Shown: positions 1 through 21,082 of the stretch, piece by piece | Layout of the letters: each line of letters opens with the position of its first letter | Position numbering within the stretch: the first letter of the stretch is position 1 | Source: Ranitomeya imitator | Taxonomy: Eukaryota | Length of the DNA stretch: 64,000 nucleotides | NCBI RefSeq assembly: GCF_032444005.1 | Contig: NC_091290.1 | Coordinates: 133,858,001 to 133,922,000, forward strand | Reading direction: 5' to 3' | Translations under genes and position numbers: made by a program | Notes under the pieces: generated by a model | What the model was told of the DNA's origin: nothing | Seen by the model: the letters and a program-made list of their open reading frames with translations, nothing else | Databases searched by the model: none

Positions 1-1333
1 ACCCCTAGTATCTGCCCCCTGATTGCGCTGGCTGCTGACCCTCCAGGCTCTGCCCCCACATCGTGACCACCGATATGACTTCTTCCGGCCATACTGAACT
101 CTAGAATAATATAGTATTTGCATAATTTCTTCTATAACAATCAGTGTTTTTTTTCCCCCCAACTTTTTAGGCTCTGGATTTGCACACGTGTCCGAAGCCT
201 GTTGTTTTCCTGTTACACACATTCCTTTCCGCTAAGGTCACCCGGATGGGTCTTCTGGCGTGACCCTAGCGTGTCGTCTGCAGAGCCACGCTGATTAATC
301 TGTGCCTTCCAGCGACAATCACAACACGTAATGAAGGACCACGCAGAGCCATAATACCAAATGTATTATGACCTGGGAGCCATACTGTCTTATGAGAGCG
401 CTGATCCGCAGGACGCCCTCCTCCCAAAGATGTGAGCGCACTAGCTACAACCAATCAGAAGTTACCGGTATACTCAGACTTTTGCTGTTTGTTTTGTCTG
501 GCGAGGACCGCCGTACCCTAGAACTACGGTGTTCGTCCCCTTTTTCACTACAATGACTGAAGTTTTCCTCTGGGAATATGAAGCCATATTGTTTATATGA
601 CCAAAGTGCCTTTTATGTTATTGCTGCCTTAAATTTTTATTACGCACAAATCGTATTTATAGAGGATATAGATATATACATATGTATAGATCTACACACA
701 TTCCTGCACCGCTACATAACACATACACAGTTTCTAGACGCAGGTTCCCCGCGAGCTGCCGTGAGACACCATTTTAGTATTTTTTGGCCGCCAACGGGTC
801 TCTGTTAAGACCAAAGATTATACCGAGCAGGAATATCTGTTATGTATTGTGCAAAAGATGACTTGCTTCAACAAAAAATGTACAAAATATACAACATTTA
901 AAGGATTTATTTTGTCTCTCATTTTTCCATAATTCTACAGCAATTGCGCATATATTCACATGCTAATCCTATTTACATCCGATTTTACATGGAGAATACA
1001 CCGCTTGTGATATAATACAAAAAAAAAAAAAAAAATCTGCAACTTTCTAATGGATTTTGTGCTCCCATGCAATTTTCAAACAATTTTTAATTTTTTAACT
1101 TTCATTTTTTTTTTCTTCCAAGAGCCATAACTTGATTTTTTTTTTTTTCCGTCGACAGGCGTTTTTTTACAGGGTGAATTGTAGTTTCTATTTGTACCAT
1201 ATATGACTCTTTGATTTATTTTTTTTTTACTTCCTTTTTTGGGGGAGTTGATGTGATAAAAAAAAACCAATGCTCCTACAATTTTGATTTTATTTTCCAT
1301 TTCACGTGCACTGTATGGGATAAATTTCTTGTC

Positions 1334-1371
<38 letters not shown>

Positions 1372-2431
1372 TTTTTTAATTTATTTTTTTAGTTTGTATA
1401 ATCGCACATGAACATTGGCATTTTTTTTTTTCATTTATTAGATGTTCCTATTTGAATTTAGAGGAAAAGAGGGTAGAGGAAGGATTTCAATGGAACCTGT
1501 CAGCTGATTCATACTGCCGAAACAATGGGTTGCATAAATGATCTTCTGCTGCTCCGTAGAGAGATCAATAAAAAAAAATGAAAGCATTTAAAAATATATT
1601 ATTTTTTTCCTATTTTTTTTTTATATATATATTTAATTGCTTTCACTTTTTTTAAATTGGTCCTCTTCAAGACTTAACCCTGCAATCACATATAGTGTAT
1701 TGTTTAAGCTGACTCCTAGCAGTTGGGTATCGGAAATGAAACCTACTCCCCATTCCTAACCTAAATTTTGCTGCGGCGTGGTATCTAAAAGGTTAAAAGT
1801 TTTGATTGGAGCCTTTTCTGGTCTGTACGTATCAGGAAGGGCCAAGTTCACTCACAGCAAGCAGAGGCCTAGGATGTAGTGAGGCATTGAATTATATTAG
1901 AAAGTTGCAGAGTGGGTCAGATACAGATTTTTGGTTTTTTTGGTTGGTTGAGGGTGGGGCTGGTATTTGTTCCTGACATTGATGGAACACTAGCTTTTGT
2001 CATCCCATAATAGCTGGATACTGGAATACTTTCCTTCTAGGAATACTGGCATAATGCAGTTCCCCATGTCATCGGTCATCTCTACACTCACGTACCTCTA
2101 TCTGCCTCCAATTTCGGGGCAGGTTTATCAAAAACAAAAGGTATCTCTAGCAACCAATCACAGCGTAGCTTTTATTTTTCCACAGCTGTTTCAAAAATGA
2201 AAGCTGAGCTGTGATTGGTTGCTACTGGCAACAGACCATTTAGAAAATTGAGGCCTAGTGTGTCTCTGATGCTCTTCTGTTACTTAGTGGTGTCATGGTG
2301 CCGCCTACTTGCCTGAAATAATTAAAAAAAAAAAAAAAAGCAATAAACACAATTTATAATGTTTTTATTTGCTCCCAGATCGGCTTGTTGAAAACATTTA
2401 TAACATTTTTGCTATAACAAAGTGTTCTATT

Positions 2432-2960
2432 TAACCCCTTCACGCCACAGCCCTTTTTCATTTTTGCATTTGTTTTTCACTCCCCTCCTTTCCAGAGCCA
2501 TAACTTTTTTATTTTTCCGTCAATACGGCCATGTGAGGGCTTGTTTTTTGCGGGACGAGTTGCACTTTTGAACGACACATGCCGTGTATTCAAAACCAGG
2601 AAAAAAAATTCCAAGTGCGGTGAAACTGCAAAAAAAAAGTGCAATCCCACAACTGTTTTTTTGATGTTTTATTTTTAGCATGTTCACTGAACGCTGAAAC
2701 TGTGCCGCCATCATGATTCTGCAGGTCATTACGAGCTCATAGACACCAAACATGTAAAAATCAAAAGTTTGTCTAAAAAAAATAAATTGCGCCATTTTCC
2801 GTTACCCTGTAGCGTCTCCATTTTTCGTGATCTGGGGTCGGGTGAGGGCTTATTTTTTGCGGGCCGAGCTGACGTTCTTGATTATACCATTTTGGTTGGA
2901 TATGATCTTTTGATCGCCCGTTATTGCATTTTAATGCAAGGTTGCGGTAACCAAAAACAA
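2432..2960. mobile_element. Non-autonomous DNA transposon (T2/Kolobok-like MITE) fragment
   Basis: Begins TTAACCCCTTCAC with a TTAA-type end. Related internal sequence (gagccataact...; attatggt...caggtca.tacgag) recurs at ~1100-1400, ~34870-35110 and ~58340-58600. Family assignment is by recognition only. Confidence 0.45.
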
Positions 2961-3286
2961 TAGGAATAATGGCGTATCTTCCAGACTAGAAGACACATTT
3001 TTTTTCTCCAAAAATGTGAGGAAAATGGAGGTGCGTCTTCTAGTCTGGCTGTGCTGGGGAAGCGGCAGCGGGTCACAGGGGGCGGCATACACCCGCAAAA
3101 CCGACCCTATTCAGCCCCGCCAGCATTACACAGCCAACTACCACGACACGCATGCGCCCAGCATCAGAGACCCCCACATGTGTGAGCCTTCGCCCCCGCC
3201 ACCTCTCGGGGATGCAGAGGAACAAGCGCTAAACATGGAGCAGCCCTGCAAGCGTACAAGAAACCAAAACACGCCCACAACATGTG

Positions 3287-3345
3287 CCGGAAGTGACGTC
3301 ACGCCTGAAGGAGCGTTCTTGGCGTCTACTGAAACGCAGCACGTG
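3287..3345 (+). promoter_or_regulatory. VPS4A promoter: overlapping ETS-CRE composite plus E-box
   Basis: CCGGAAGTGACGTCAC at 3287-3302 (GABPA/CREB-type composite) and CACGTG at 3340-3345, in a CpG-rich stretch 110-170 bp upstream of the VPS4A ATG. Confidence 0.7.
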
Positions 3346-3454
3346 ATGTCAGCTACTTCCTGTTTCGATTAGACGTCGCTTCCGGTTCCGGTGAACTGAC
3401 AGGCCCCGGAATCCAGAGGAAACCCCCCCAAAGACACCGGGACCGGGAGATGAG

Positions 3455-12890
<9,436 letters not shown>

Positions 12891-13412
12891 GGTGCCCTGG
12901 CAACTACAGTGGGAGGGGGCATCAGATTTGCTTGCTTATCTCTTAAGTGCCCCCCACCAATAATGTTACAGAAAAGCGCAGGCTCTGACTACCCTCTCCC
13001 ATGTCCAGGACTCCTACCCTCCCCTAGGGCCCTGCACTGCCTGGGAGGAACCACATACCTTCAACAAGCTTCTGTATCTGGGGTTTACATTCATCAGTCA
13101 CCAGACCTTCAGTGTGATGGCCTTCCCTGTACCCTCCGTCCTCTTAAACTGCGGGGGGCTCCCTCAATGCCTGACTTACAATTACAACTGACTTCTAATT
13201 GACTGTAATGTCCCTTTCCCTTCATCGCCCCATGCTGGGAGCAGTGGCAGGTTGGTGCCAAGCCCAGACCCCCTTACCGAAGCCTGTATGTTCCCCCCAT
13301 TTCCCCGCCGGTCTCTGATGTGTGCATTACTGGGGATGAGTGTTCAGCTGTGTAAATATATCCTATCTCTCTTCTCTTTGAAATCACATCCTATGTCTGA
13401 TGGCCATTCTTA

Positions 13413-13418
13413 AATAAA
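13413..13418 (+). terminator. Probable VPS4A polyadenylation signal
   Basis: First AATAAA seen after the stop codon, ~520 nt downstream. Confidence 0.6.
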
Positions 13419-14211
13419 GCGGCTCGTACACTGCTACCTGCACCAACAGCAGAGGGGCAATCCCCCCGACTCAACTGGGCCAAAATATATTCCATTATAG
13501 CCATACTGCCTGTCTATCATAAGGGTATCGTCCCTGACCTCTGCAAATGTTACCGGAAGAAAGTCAATACTTCTTCTCCAAGGACAGACTACTGTAGAGT
13601 ACACAGGACGAGTCAGTGCAGGTAAAGGAGACCTGGGAGCTGTGTCATGTTCACCATCGGTAATGAAATTCCTGGCCTGACACTGACTCAAGAACTGAAC
13701 TTACAGGATCGTGGGGATATGTGATGCTGTAAGGGCAATCGGCACAAAATGACTGTCCAAACAAAGCACAGTCGCTCAGAGCACCTTTGTCATGGCGAAG
13801 CAGTTCAGCCTATCAAGGAAGGTAGAGATAGGAAGATGCACTGAGCAGGTTGGCCATGACGGGTGCACTGAGCACCTGGGCTTGTTGTTCTGTGATTAGA
13901 CTCTCTTAAGGGCTTGCTCATAACACCGTATTTTCTATCCGAGTGCAACCTAACAAAACATCAGATCGCACTCAGACCAATGTTAGTCTATAGGGCCGTC
14001 ACATGTCCAGTTCTTTTCTTTGCATGTAAAGAAGCTGCGGAGACACCATCACGTCCCCGGGAAGGAACAACCACGGGAAGGGCAGCATCCTATGAAGGAA
14101 AGCCACCTATGCCAAGCATGGTATCCATCCACAGACAGTTGTTTCGGGGTATTTGCCCCTCATCAGTGTGGAGTAGGAGACTTGCTATTGGGAGCAGTGC
14201 CTAGTAAAAGG

Positions 14212-14493
14212 CTGTGAAGGTACAGATGAATGACCTCGGGGAGACCAAAACATCCAACACCGCGGAGACACCATCACGTGTTTCTCAACGCAGTGATCCA
14301 GCACACTGCTCCCATCCCTTAGCGTTGAGAAACACGTGATGGTGTCTCCGCAGCTTACTTTACATGCATTTGCATATTTCCCATAAGGGATGGGAGCAGT
14401 GTTCTGGATCACTGCGTTGAGAAACACGTGATGGTGCCTACGCGGTGTTGGATGTTTTGGTCTCCCCGAGGTCATTCATCTGTACCTTCACAG
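14212..14493. repeat. ~110-bp near-perfect inverted repeat with ~62-bp spacer
   Basis: Left arm 14212-14321 (CTGTGAAGGTACAGATG...CCATCCCTTA) is the reverse complement of right arm 14384-14493. Confidence 0.9.
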
Positions 14494-14969
14494 TTCTTTT
14501 CTTTGGACTGAGCTGGTCCAGGGAAAAAAACCTGTATAATACCTGATTTTGATCAGATATTCGAGTCGCACGCATCCATGCAAGTCATTGAGTGTGTGGT
14601 AATCGTCTGACAGCACTCAGCAGGCATCTGAGTGCAGTCTGATTTCCATGCACTGACACAATGAAGACATTTTGGTTTAAGGACGGACGTCTCAATGATG
14701 TTTTTGGCTAAGTTCAAAAATGCAATGGCACCAGGACCCACTACCACAATGACTGCCGTATGTTGTGGCAAGAATGAATAATTTCTAATATATGCCCTAT
14801 CCAAACTAACTCAGTGCTCATCCAGCGTGAATGAGACATCCCGGATTTGCACTTTTCACTGTTCTATGCGCTATGATGGAAAATAAAGCAAAAAAAATAA
14901 ATTTGCACCCTTCCTGCTCTCAGCTTTGGTGTAGAAACTGTATTAGGGGCTCAGTTGGTGATTGAGGTG

Positions 14970-14975
14970 TTTATT
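14970..14975 (-). terminator. Probable PDF polyadenylation signal
   Basis: AATAAA on the minus strand ~35 nt after the PDF stop. Confidence 0.55.
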
Positions 14976-15008
14976 TACTGGGAACAAACAAACAAACAAA
15001 AAATCCTG

Positions 15009-16154
15009 TCAGTCATTTACTTCCATCCAGTTAATGTTCACGAAGGTCCGAGGATCCATTTTATCAACGTAGAGAACTCCGTCCAAGTGGTCCATCTCGT
15101 GCTGGATGACGCGGGCTGCCCAGCCTTGTGCCTTCCACCGCGCGGCTTCTCCTTTCTCATTCAGACCTACAGCGAACAGATAAAAGACAGAAATACAAGC
15201 TCAGTACCAAATCTAGATCTGCAAGGTCTTACTATGCACAGATAAAGCCAAAATGTATTCACAACGTTGTGCCCAGTAATGGGTAACACCACATGCACTA
15301 ATATATAACCCACGTGTTCCATGGCAGTATAGACACTCTGTAACGTAAAAGTGAATGTCCATCTTTAGTGACTTTTTTTTACTTAAATGTGTGTATTTGG
15401 AGCTAAGAATCATTTTTGCAGTTGGATTTCGTTATCAATTTTGCATTGTTTTGCTTTTACAGGCTCTTTGTTTCGCTGCACTTTCAACTATGATGTGGTC
15501 TGTGGTCATAGATCAGCTGAGAGGAGCTAGAAAAAGACAGCAGATAGTAATTCTCCGAACAAGCTCGCTGACTAATTCTGCCGCCAGCAGTAGGTAGCGC
15601 AACACAGAAGCTATAGAAGGTAAACGGTGCAAAATTTCTCATGCCAAAAAATAATTTTTAGACTCCAATATATGCAATTAAGTAAAATAAAAGGCAGATG
15701 ATACCCATCTGTACAGGGGCCGTGAATCTCAGGGTGTGTCAAACTGACATTTGAGCAAAGGCATATATTAGTTTATTTTTTACATCCAGGTTCTGCAAAC
15801 ATCCTGTTCATATTAAGTTTTCATCCTTCCAGGAAAGCAGACATGTTCACAGGGTTCCATTAGGCAATTGTAAGCCCCAAACCCATACCGATCTGTTAAA
15901 ACCCAGACACCAAACTTTGGGAGGAAGCATGCTCTGCTTCCTATGCAGGCCAGTGATTACTTTCATACGGATTTTGGAGCATAACCAGTGGTATTTCTCT
16001 CACCTATGGATCACACTTGCTTTTCACAATATTAATAATAATCTTTATATAGCGCTAACATATTCCGCAGCGCTTTACAGTTTGCACACATTATCATCAC
16101 TGTCCCCGATGGGGCTCACAATCTAGAATCCCTATCTGTACGTCTTTGGAATGT

Positions 16155-16185
<31 letters not shown>

Positions 16186-16893
16186 ACGCAAACACGGAGA
16201 GAACATACAAACTCTTTGCAGATGTTGTCCTGGGTGGGATTAGAACCCAGGACCCCAGCGCTGCAAGGCTGCTGTGCTAACCACTGCGCCACCGTGCTGC
16301 CCCAATAATTATTGAACACTTCAGTATTACAGATAATCGTCACCTGATATCTCCACGGAGTGATACCGGGGCACGACAGCTGAAAACCCGTGAATGCTGC
16401 TGCAGCCCTCCGGGAAGCTCAGCTTTCGAGAGTCCACAATTCGCATAGTGGGGTTAATAAAAATCTTGAGCGGGAAAGGCTCCATCTCGCGTTGCTCCCG
16501 CACATCAGGAGGCACCAGCTGGCACATCTCTTCTCGGAGCTCCAGAGTCACGATGCGTAGCGGGAGCCCCAACTGAGGGGCACTTAGTCCCACACAACCA
16601 CAGGAGTTCAGGACCTGCACCATTCGTCTTAGGACCGCCTGTGTATCCGGGTGCGAGATGTGGTCTGGGGGAACAGTCTGCGTCGAGACCCTCAAAATTG
16701 GATCTCCTGTTTGAGCTACTTGCTTGTAAGGTGGGGAGGGGGCTCCCAGGATGGACCGCTTCAGATACTTCCAATAACTGCGCTTCTTCACTCCAGCCCA
16801 GGAGGCACTGAGACGGGAAGACTGGATGCCGAAACTAGGAGAGTAGCGGGACAGGAGGAGACTGAAGACTCGGTGACTTCTTGAAAACCACAT
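15009..16893 (-). CDS. PDF: Mitochondrial peptide deformylase (235 aa, 2 coding exons)
   Basis: complement(join(15009-15166,16344-16893)), phase-1 intron. Motifs GVGLSAPQ, EGCSS and QHEMDH (HExxH). R/S/L-rich, acid-free N-terminus [17 protein letters not shown] resembles a mitochondrial presequence. Confidence 0.95.
16035..16302 (-). mobile_element. tRNA-derived V-SINE with L2-type 3' tail, in the PDF intron
   Basis: Minus strand: A-box GGTGGCGCAGTGGTTAGC, B-box GGTTCTAATCCC, V-domain GAGTTTGTATGTTCTCTCCGTGTTTGCGTGGGTTTCCTCCGGG, tail GCGCTGCGGAATATGTTAGCGCTATATAAAGATTATTATT. Confidence 0.85.
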
Positions 16894-18476
16894 GATCGGT
16901 TCATCTGCTAAAAGAAAGAAATGCATCAGTCCTCTGAGCTGTGCCCCGCAGAGCTCTATACAGCAGCCATCAGAAAACCTATCTCTGCAAAACATCAACC
17001 CAAAATCATTGCTAATGCGTCAACGCCTCCAAATAACTCGAGTCCTACAGTCGTCTCCTCCTGTTAAACTCCTAACAGTTCTAAGTCAGTTTTCCTGGAG
17101 TTATGGATAGAACAGTGGGAATTCGGGAACAGCATTGGCGCATGGATTGTAAGGGGCCTCGTTATACTATTAATTCATGCAGAAGTAGATTTCACTATTC
17201 CAGCTTTAGGCCGGGGGGCTCCAGTCACAGATCATGGCCGTTAACTGCAGGATGTCACTTCTTATGTAATACTAGGGTCATGCTGTTACTCTGGCCGTGA
17301 CACAGGGCGCACTGTCAAAAATTGCTGAAACACCATGACGCCGATGAATGAGGCCACAACTGTGGCAAGCAAGTCACAAAAATGACTGAGAATTTTTTGC
17401 AAGCTGCTTGTTGTGGTACCCTATGGGTAATAACACAATGTCAATGTTCTGCAGAGCATTGCGACATTTGCCCAGACCTCTGTGTAACCCGAGTGGGGGC
17501 AGGGTATAGTACGCATGTGGATCTTTGGGCGGTTCTCAATACACTGTGCAAAGGAGAAGCGGCCGCACATGTGCTGATCTCTCCATTCACTTCTATGGAA
17601 GTTTGAAAACTGTCTGACCCCTCTTGTGCTTTACAATTATGATCTGTGGCTTTGTCTGCTCTGCCGTCTACCACAGACTTCATTGGATATGTGAGACACG
17701 GCTCCTCCATTCTTGGGATCACTGAGGTTCCTGGAATTGTTAGTAATGTTGGCCCTCATTCATCCCATCCATGACCAAATTAGGTCCTAATAATCAGAGC
17801 GACCCTGCACCCGTGCCATCTCGCTGCATCCGATGTCAGACATAATGGAAAAGTGGCAAGCCCAGGACAATGGATGTAACTAAGAATGTTCCCATTCACT
17901 GATAGGAATAAATTAAAGAAATACCAAAAAGTTGCAGAAACTCCTGTTATGAGATCAATTACTCTTATTTAAAATCTCATTAGAGAGAACCTCTCCTGCA
18001 CACTTTTAATCTCGGCACCAGGTATGGATATATAGGTGCTTTCTCCATGATGGAAATCTAGTGTACAAGTCACATGCATATCAGGCTGGAAGGGCACAGG
18101 AGGTGTGTCTAAGTGCATTGCCACGCCCCCTGTGTCAATGCACTTAAAAACACCTCCAGTGCACTCCCCCCACAATTTGGATATGACTTTATCATCAGAT
18201 CTGTACCAAAAAATTGTAACCTTTTTTTTAATGGAGAGTGATCACCTGTACAGCCAGATGACTAATTTCAGGGGTAAAAACATGCAGACGAGTGAATGAT
18301 AAATGCTCTTTTGGCCTAGTTTATTACTGTATGTGATGCCCCCCAATGCCCTTGACTATGGTGACCCCATACAACACACGTGTCTGTGCACCCGAGGGTC
18401 AGACATCCGCCTTATATACAACCTGCCACTGGTGCAGCACAGTCCTGCCAGCACTGACCCGCACACCTAGCCTCAC

Positions 18477-18553
18477 CTGTGCAGGGACCACACTGCTCTG
18501 CGGCGCACGAGTTTCACGTCACCACGCCGCGAAGCATGCCGGGAGATGTAGTC
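18477..18553 (-). promoter_or_regulatory. Probable PDF promoter and 5' non-coding exon
   Basis: CpG-rich patch with a ZNF143/SBS motif GACTACATCTCCCGGCATGC (18553-18534), a TGACGT half-CRE, and a strong donor CAG|GTGAGG at 18477. This matches the acceptor TTTCTTTTAGCAG| at 16904, 11 nt before the PDF ATG. Confidence 0.65.
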
Positions 18554-20208
18554 ATCCATCCTGTTCGCGTTTCCGGAATGGTAAGACACCTCTCCTGCCC
18601 CTCAGCGTGCATCCTCGCTGCCGTATAACCATGAAGCGCTGTGTATTTCATCTATAGGGGCTTGTGCGTTACTTTATCTAGTGCGCACATAACGACCCCC
18701 CTAATAATAGATAGCGCGTTACCCCCTTAGCAACCAATCAGCTTCCGTTTTTGCAGTACAGGTTGTGAAATGAGAGAAAGCATCTGATTGGCTGTTACAG
18801 CCTGTCTTATGTACGAGGACGCCATCTTTGTTTTGGGTCAGGCCTGTACATGGTGCTGGGCTGGTTTTCTAGCGCCCCTGCAGTAAAGCTTGTGATATGT
18901 AACAAAGGGGTAGGGCATAGGTGACCCCCCAAAACAGGTCAAGGCTGCAAGTCATGGACCCTCTGATAAAGTGAGGAAACGAGACAAAGGGTATAACACG
19001 TCCAAGTTAGAAGACATTGTACAGCAGTCGGCCCAGATCTGACATTATTTTCTAAGGCGGATTGCTGAGAATCGGATCACATGCCACCGTACAAGTCTAT
19101 GGGTGCGTGTGAAACAACGGACTGCACTCTGATGTCATCTGAGTGCAGTGCAATTCTGCAAGCTAAACACATCTGGCCGCCATTGGGAACTGCTGACCGG
19201 TGGGACTGCTGGGTGCTGCTCCCTTATATATCCAGCATAGGCCATCAATATGAAAAGCACCAGACTGCTAGAGTCCATAGATAAAATTAAAAATTCCCGT
19301 AGTCTAACTGCTTCCGTGAAAAAAAGCCAAGAGTATTAACTCCAAAAGGGAAAGAAAACCATCTAAATCTAAAACTTCTGTGACGAATCCTATCTGGATT
19401 GTACGATCGCTTTCTCTTTATTTTCTTAAGTTAACCTACGAGTGCCCGATTACAGAGATTGTTGCAATAATTGATCCCAGTGGCTGAAATGCTTCGAGGA
19501 TGGTACACAATCCCCAAAATCCATTTTTCCAGAAGGCAAAAAAAGAAAACATTTTTTTTAAGCTGAAACAGTCTTCAGAAAACAACTTTTTTTTTTTTCT
19601 TTTACCCTGAAGATGTTTTTGTTCGCCTTTTCATTAACTTATTCTAAAGCGGTTTATTTACATTTTTGTGCGTTTTTCAGGTGCGTATTTAGCAACGATT
19701 AAAGTGTGACCATTTTAGGGGGAAATCACGATTTTCCATAGAGGCCTTTCCTGGCATTTTATTTTAGGGTTCCCGTTGACTTCTATTGTATACTATGGAA
19801 AATCTTCAGAGCAGAATACGCCTGAAGAATGGACCGGTCACCTCTTTTAACCATTTGACTTCTTTGGAAACCTAAAGCAAGCCTGTTTTTTTTTTGTTTT
19901 TTTTTTTTTTACATAGAAACGAATAAGAAGACGTCTTTGGAGTATTTCCCTTGACATTTTTCACAGCGACTCATTCCAAACCTTCTTGAATTTTTTTTTT
20001 GTGTGTGAACGTACTCTAAGAGCACTTGATTTATTAAAAAAAAAAAAAAAGCATCATAAGAACACGGCCTAAAAGGGTTCACCAGGCTCAATGAACGCCA
20101 GGAAGGAGAGAAATGCCATAGGGTAATAAAAGAAGCATTAATTACCTATTACATGGAGTCTATCAGCCCAAATTGCCTTCTAAACTACTTATCCTTGTAG
20201 GAGACTGA

Positions 20209-20570
20209 GGCTATGTTCACACTTTGCGGATTTTGCTGCGGATCCGCACCTGATTTGACCGCTGCGGATCCGCAGCAGTTTCCCATGAGTTTACAGTACA
20301 ATGTAAACCTATGGGAAACAAAAAACGCAGTGCACATGCTGCAAAAAAATCCGCGCGGAAACGCTGCGGATTACATTCCACAGCATGTCACTTCTTTTCT
20401 GCGGATTTTCACCTGCTCCAATAGAAAACTGCAGATGAAAATCCGCAGAAGAAACCACAGTAAAAACCGCGATAAATCTGCAGTAAAAACCGCGATGGGT
20501 TTTCACTGCGGATTTTGGAATTCTGCTGCGGAAAAATCCGCAGTGGAATCTGCAAAGTGTGAACATAGCC
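20209..20570. mobile_element. MITE (PIF/Harbinger-like)
   Basis: TIRs GGCTATGTTCACACT...AGTGTGAACATAGCC with TGA/TAA flanks and internal GCGGAT/ATCCGC repeats. Confidence 0.8.
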
Positions 20571-21082
20571 TAAGCCCATATATAAAACATGTTGATTCAT
20601 GTGACCGCTGCAGTCAATCACTGATCACAACAAAGGCACGTGACAGTGAATACAACTTGAGGCCATATAATTCAAGGAAAACACAAAAACAAAAAAGGCA
20701 GAAATAAAAGTTAACTTTTTTTTAATTTTTATAAATACATATCCCCTATGGAGGGGGATAAATTACAGTCATGGTACAACCCCTTTAAAAGGAAAAAAAA
20801 TACTCCTGGCAACCAATCAGATGACTGCACTAATTTCTGAAATGCAACTCATCTATGACTTATCGCCAGGGCTCGGGCAAGTACCCAAAAGTGCAAATAG
20901 TCAATAATTAAAAGACATTTTACAGAATTTGGATGGAAATGTTGGCGTCGTTGTGGACGCAGGTGATGGCTGACGTCTGTGCAAGCCTCACCTAACATTA
21001 AATAATTGATTGACAGCAGACAAATCCCTCTCCCCAATGTAGAGTTCATTCACAATAATTGCAGTCACGGGCCATCTCATGC

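Noticed and set aside
1-2400. Possible 3' end of the upstream syntenic gene (SNTB2)
   Set aside because: No coding exon recognised; AATAAA at ~2342 alone is insufficient.
16230-16302. tRNA gene
   Set aside because: The A and B boxes belong to the SINE head; no cloverleaf with a proper acceptor stem.
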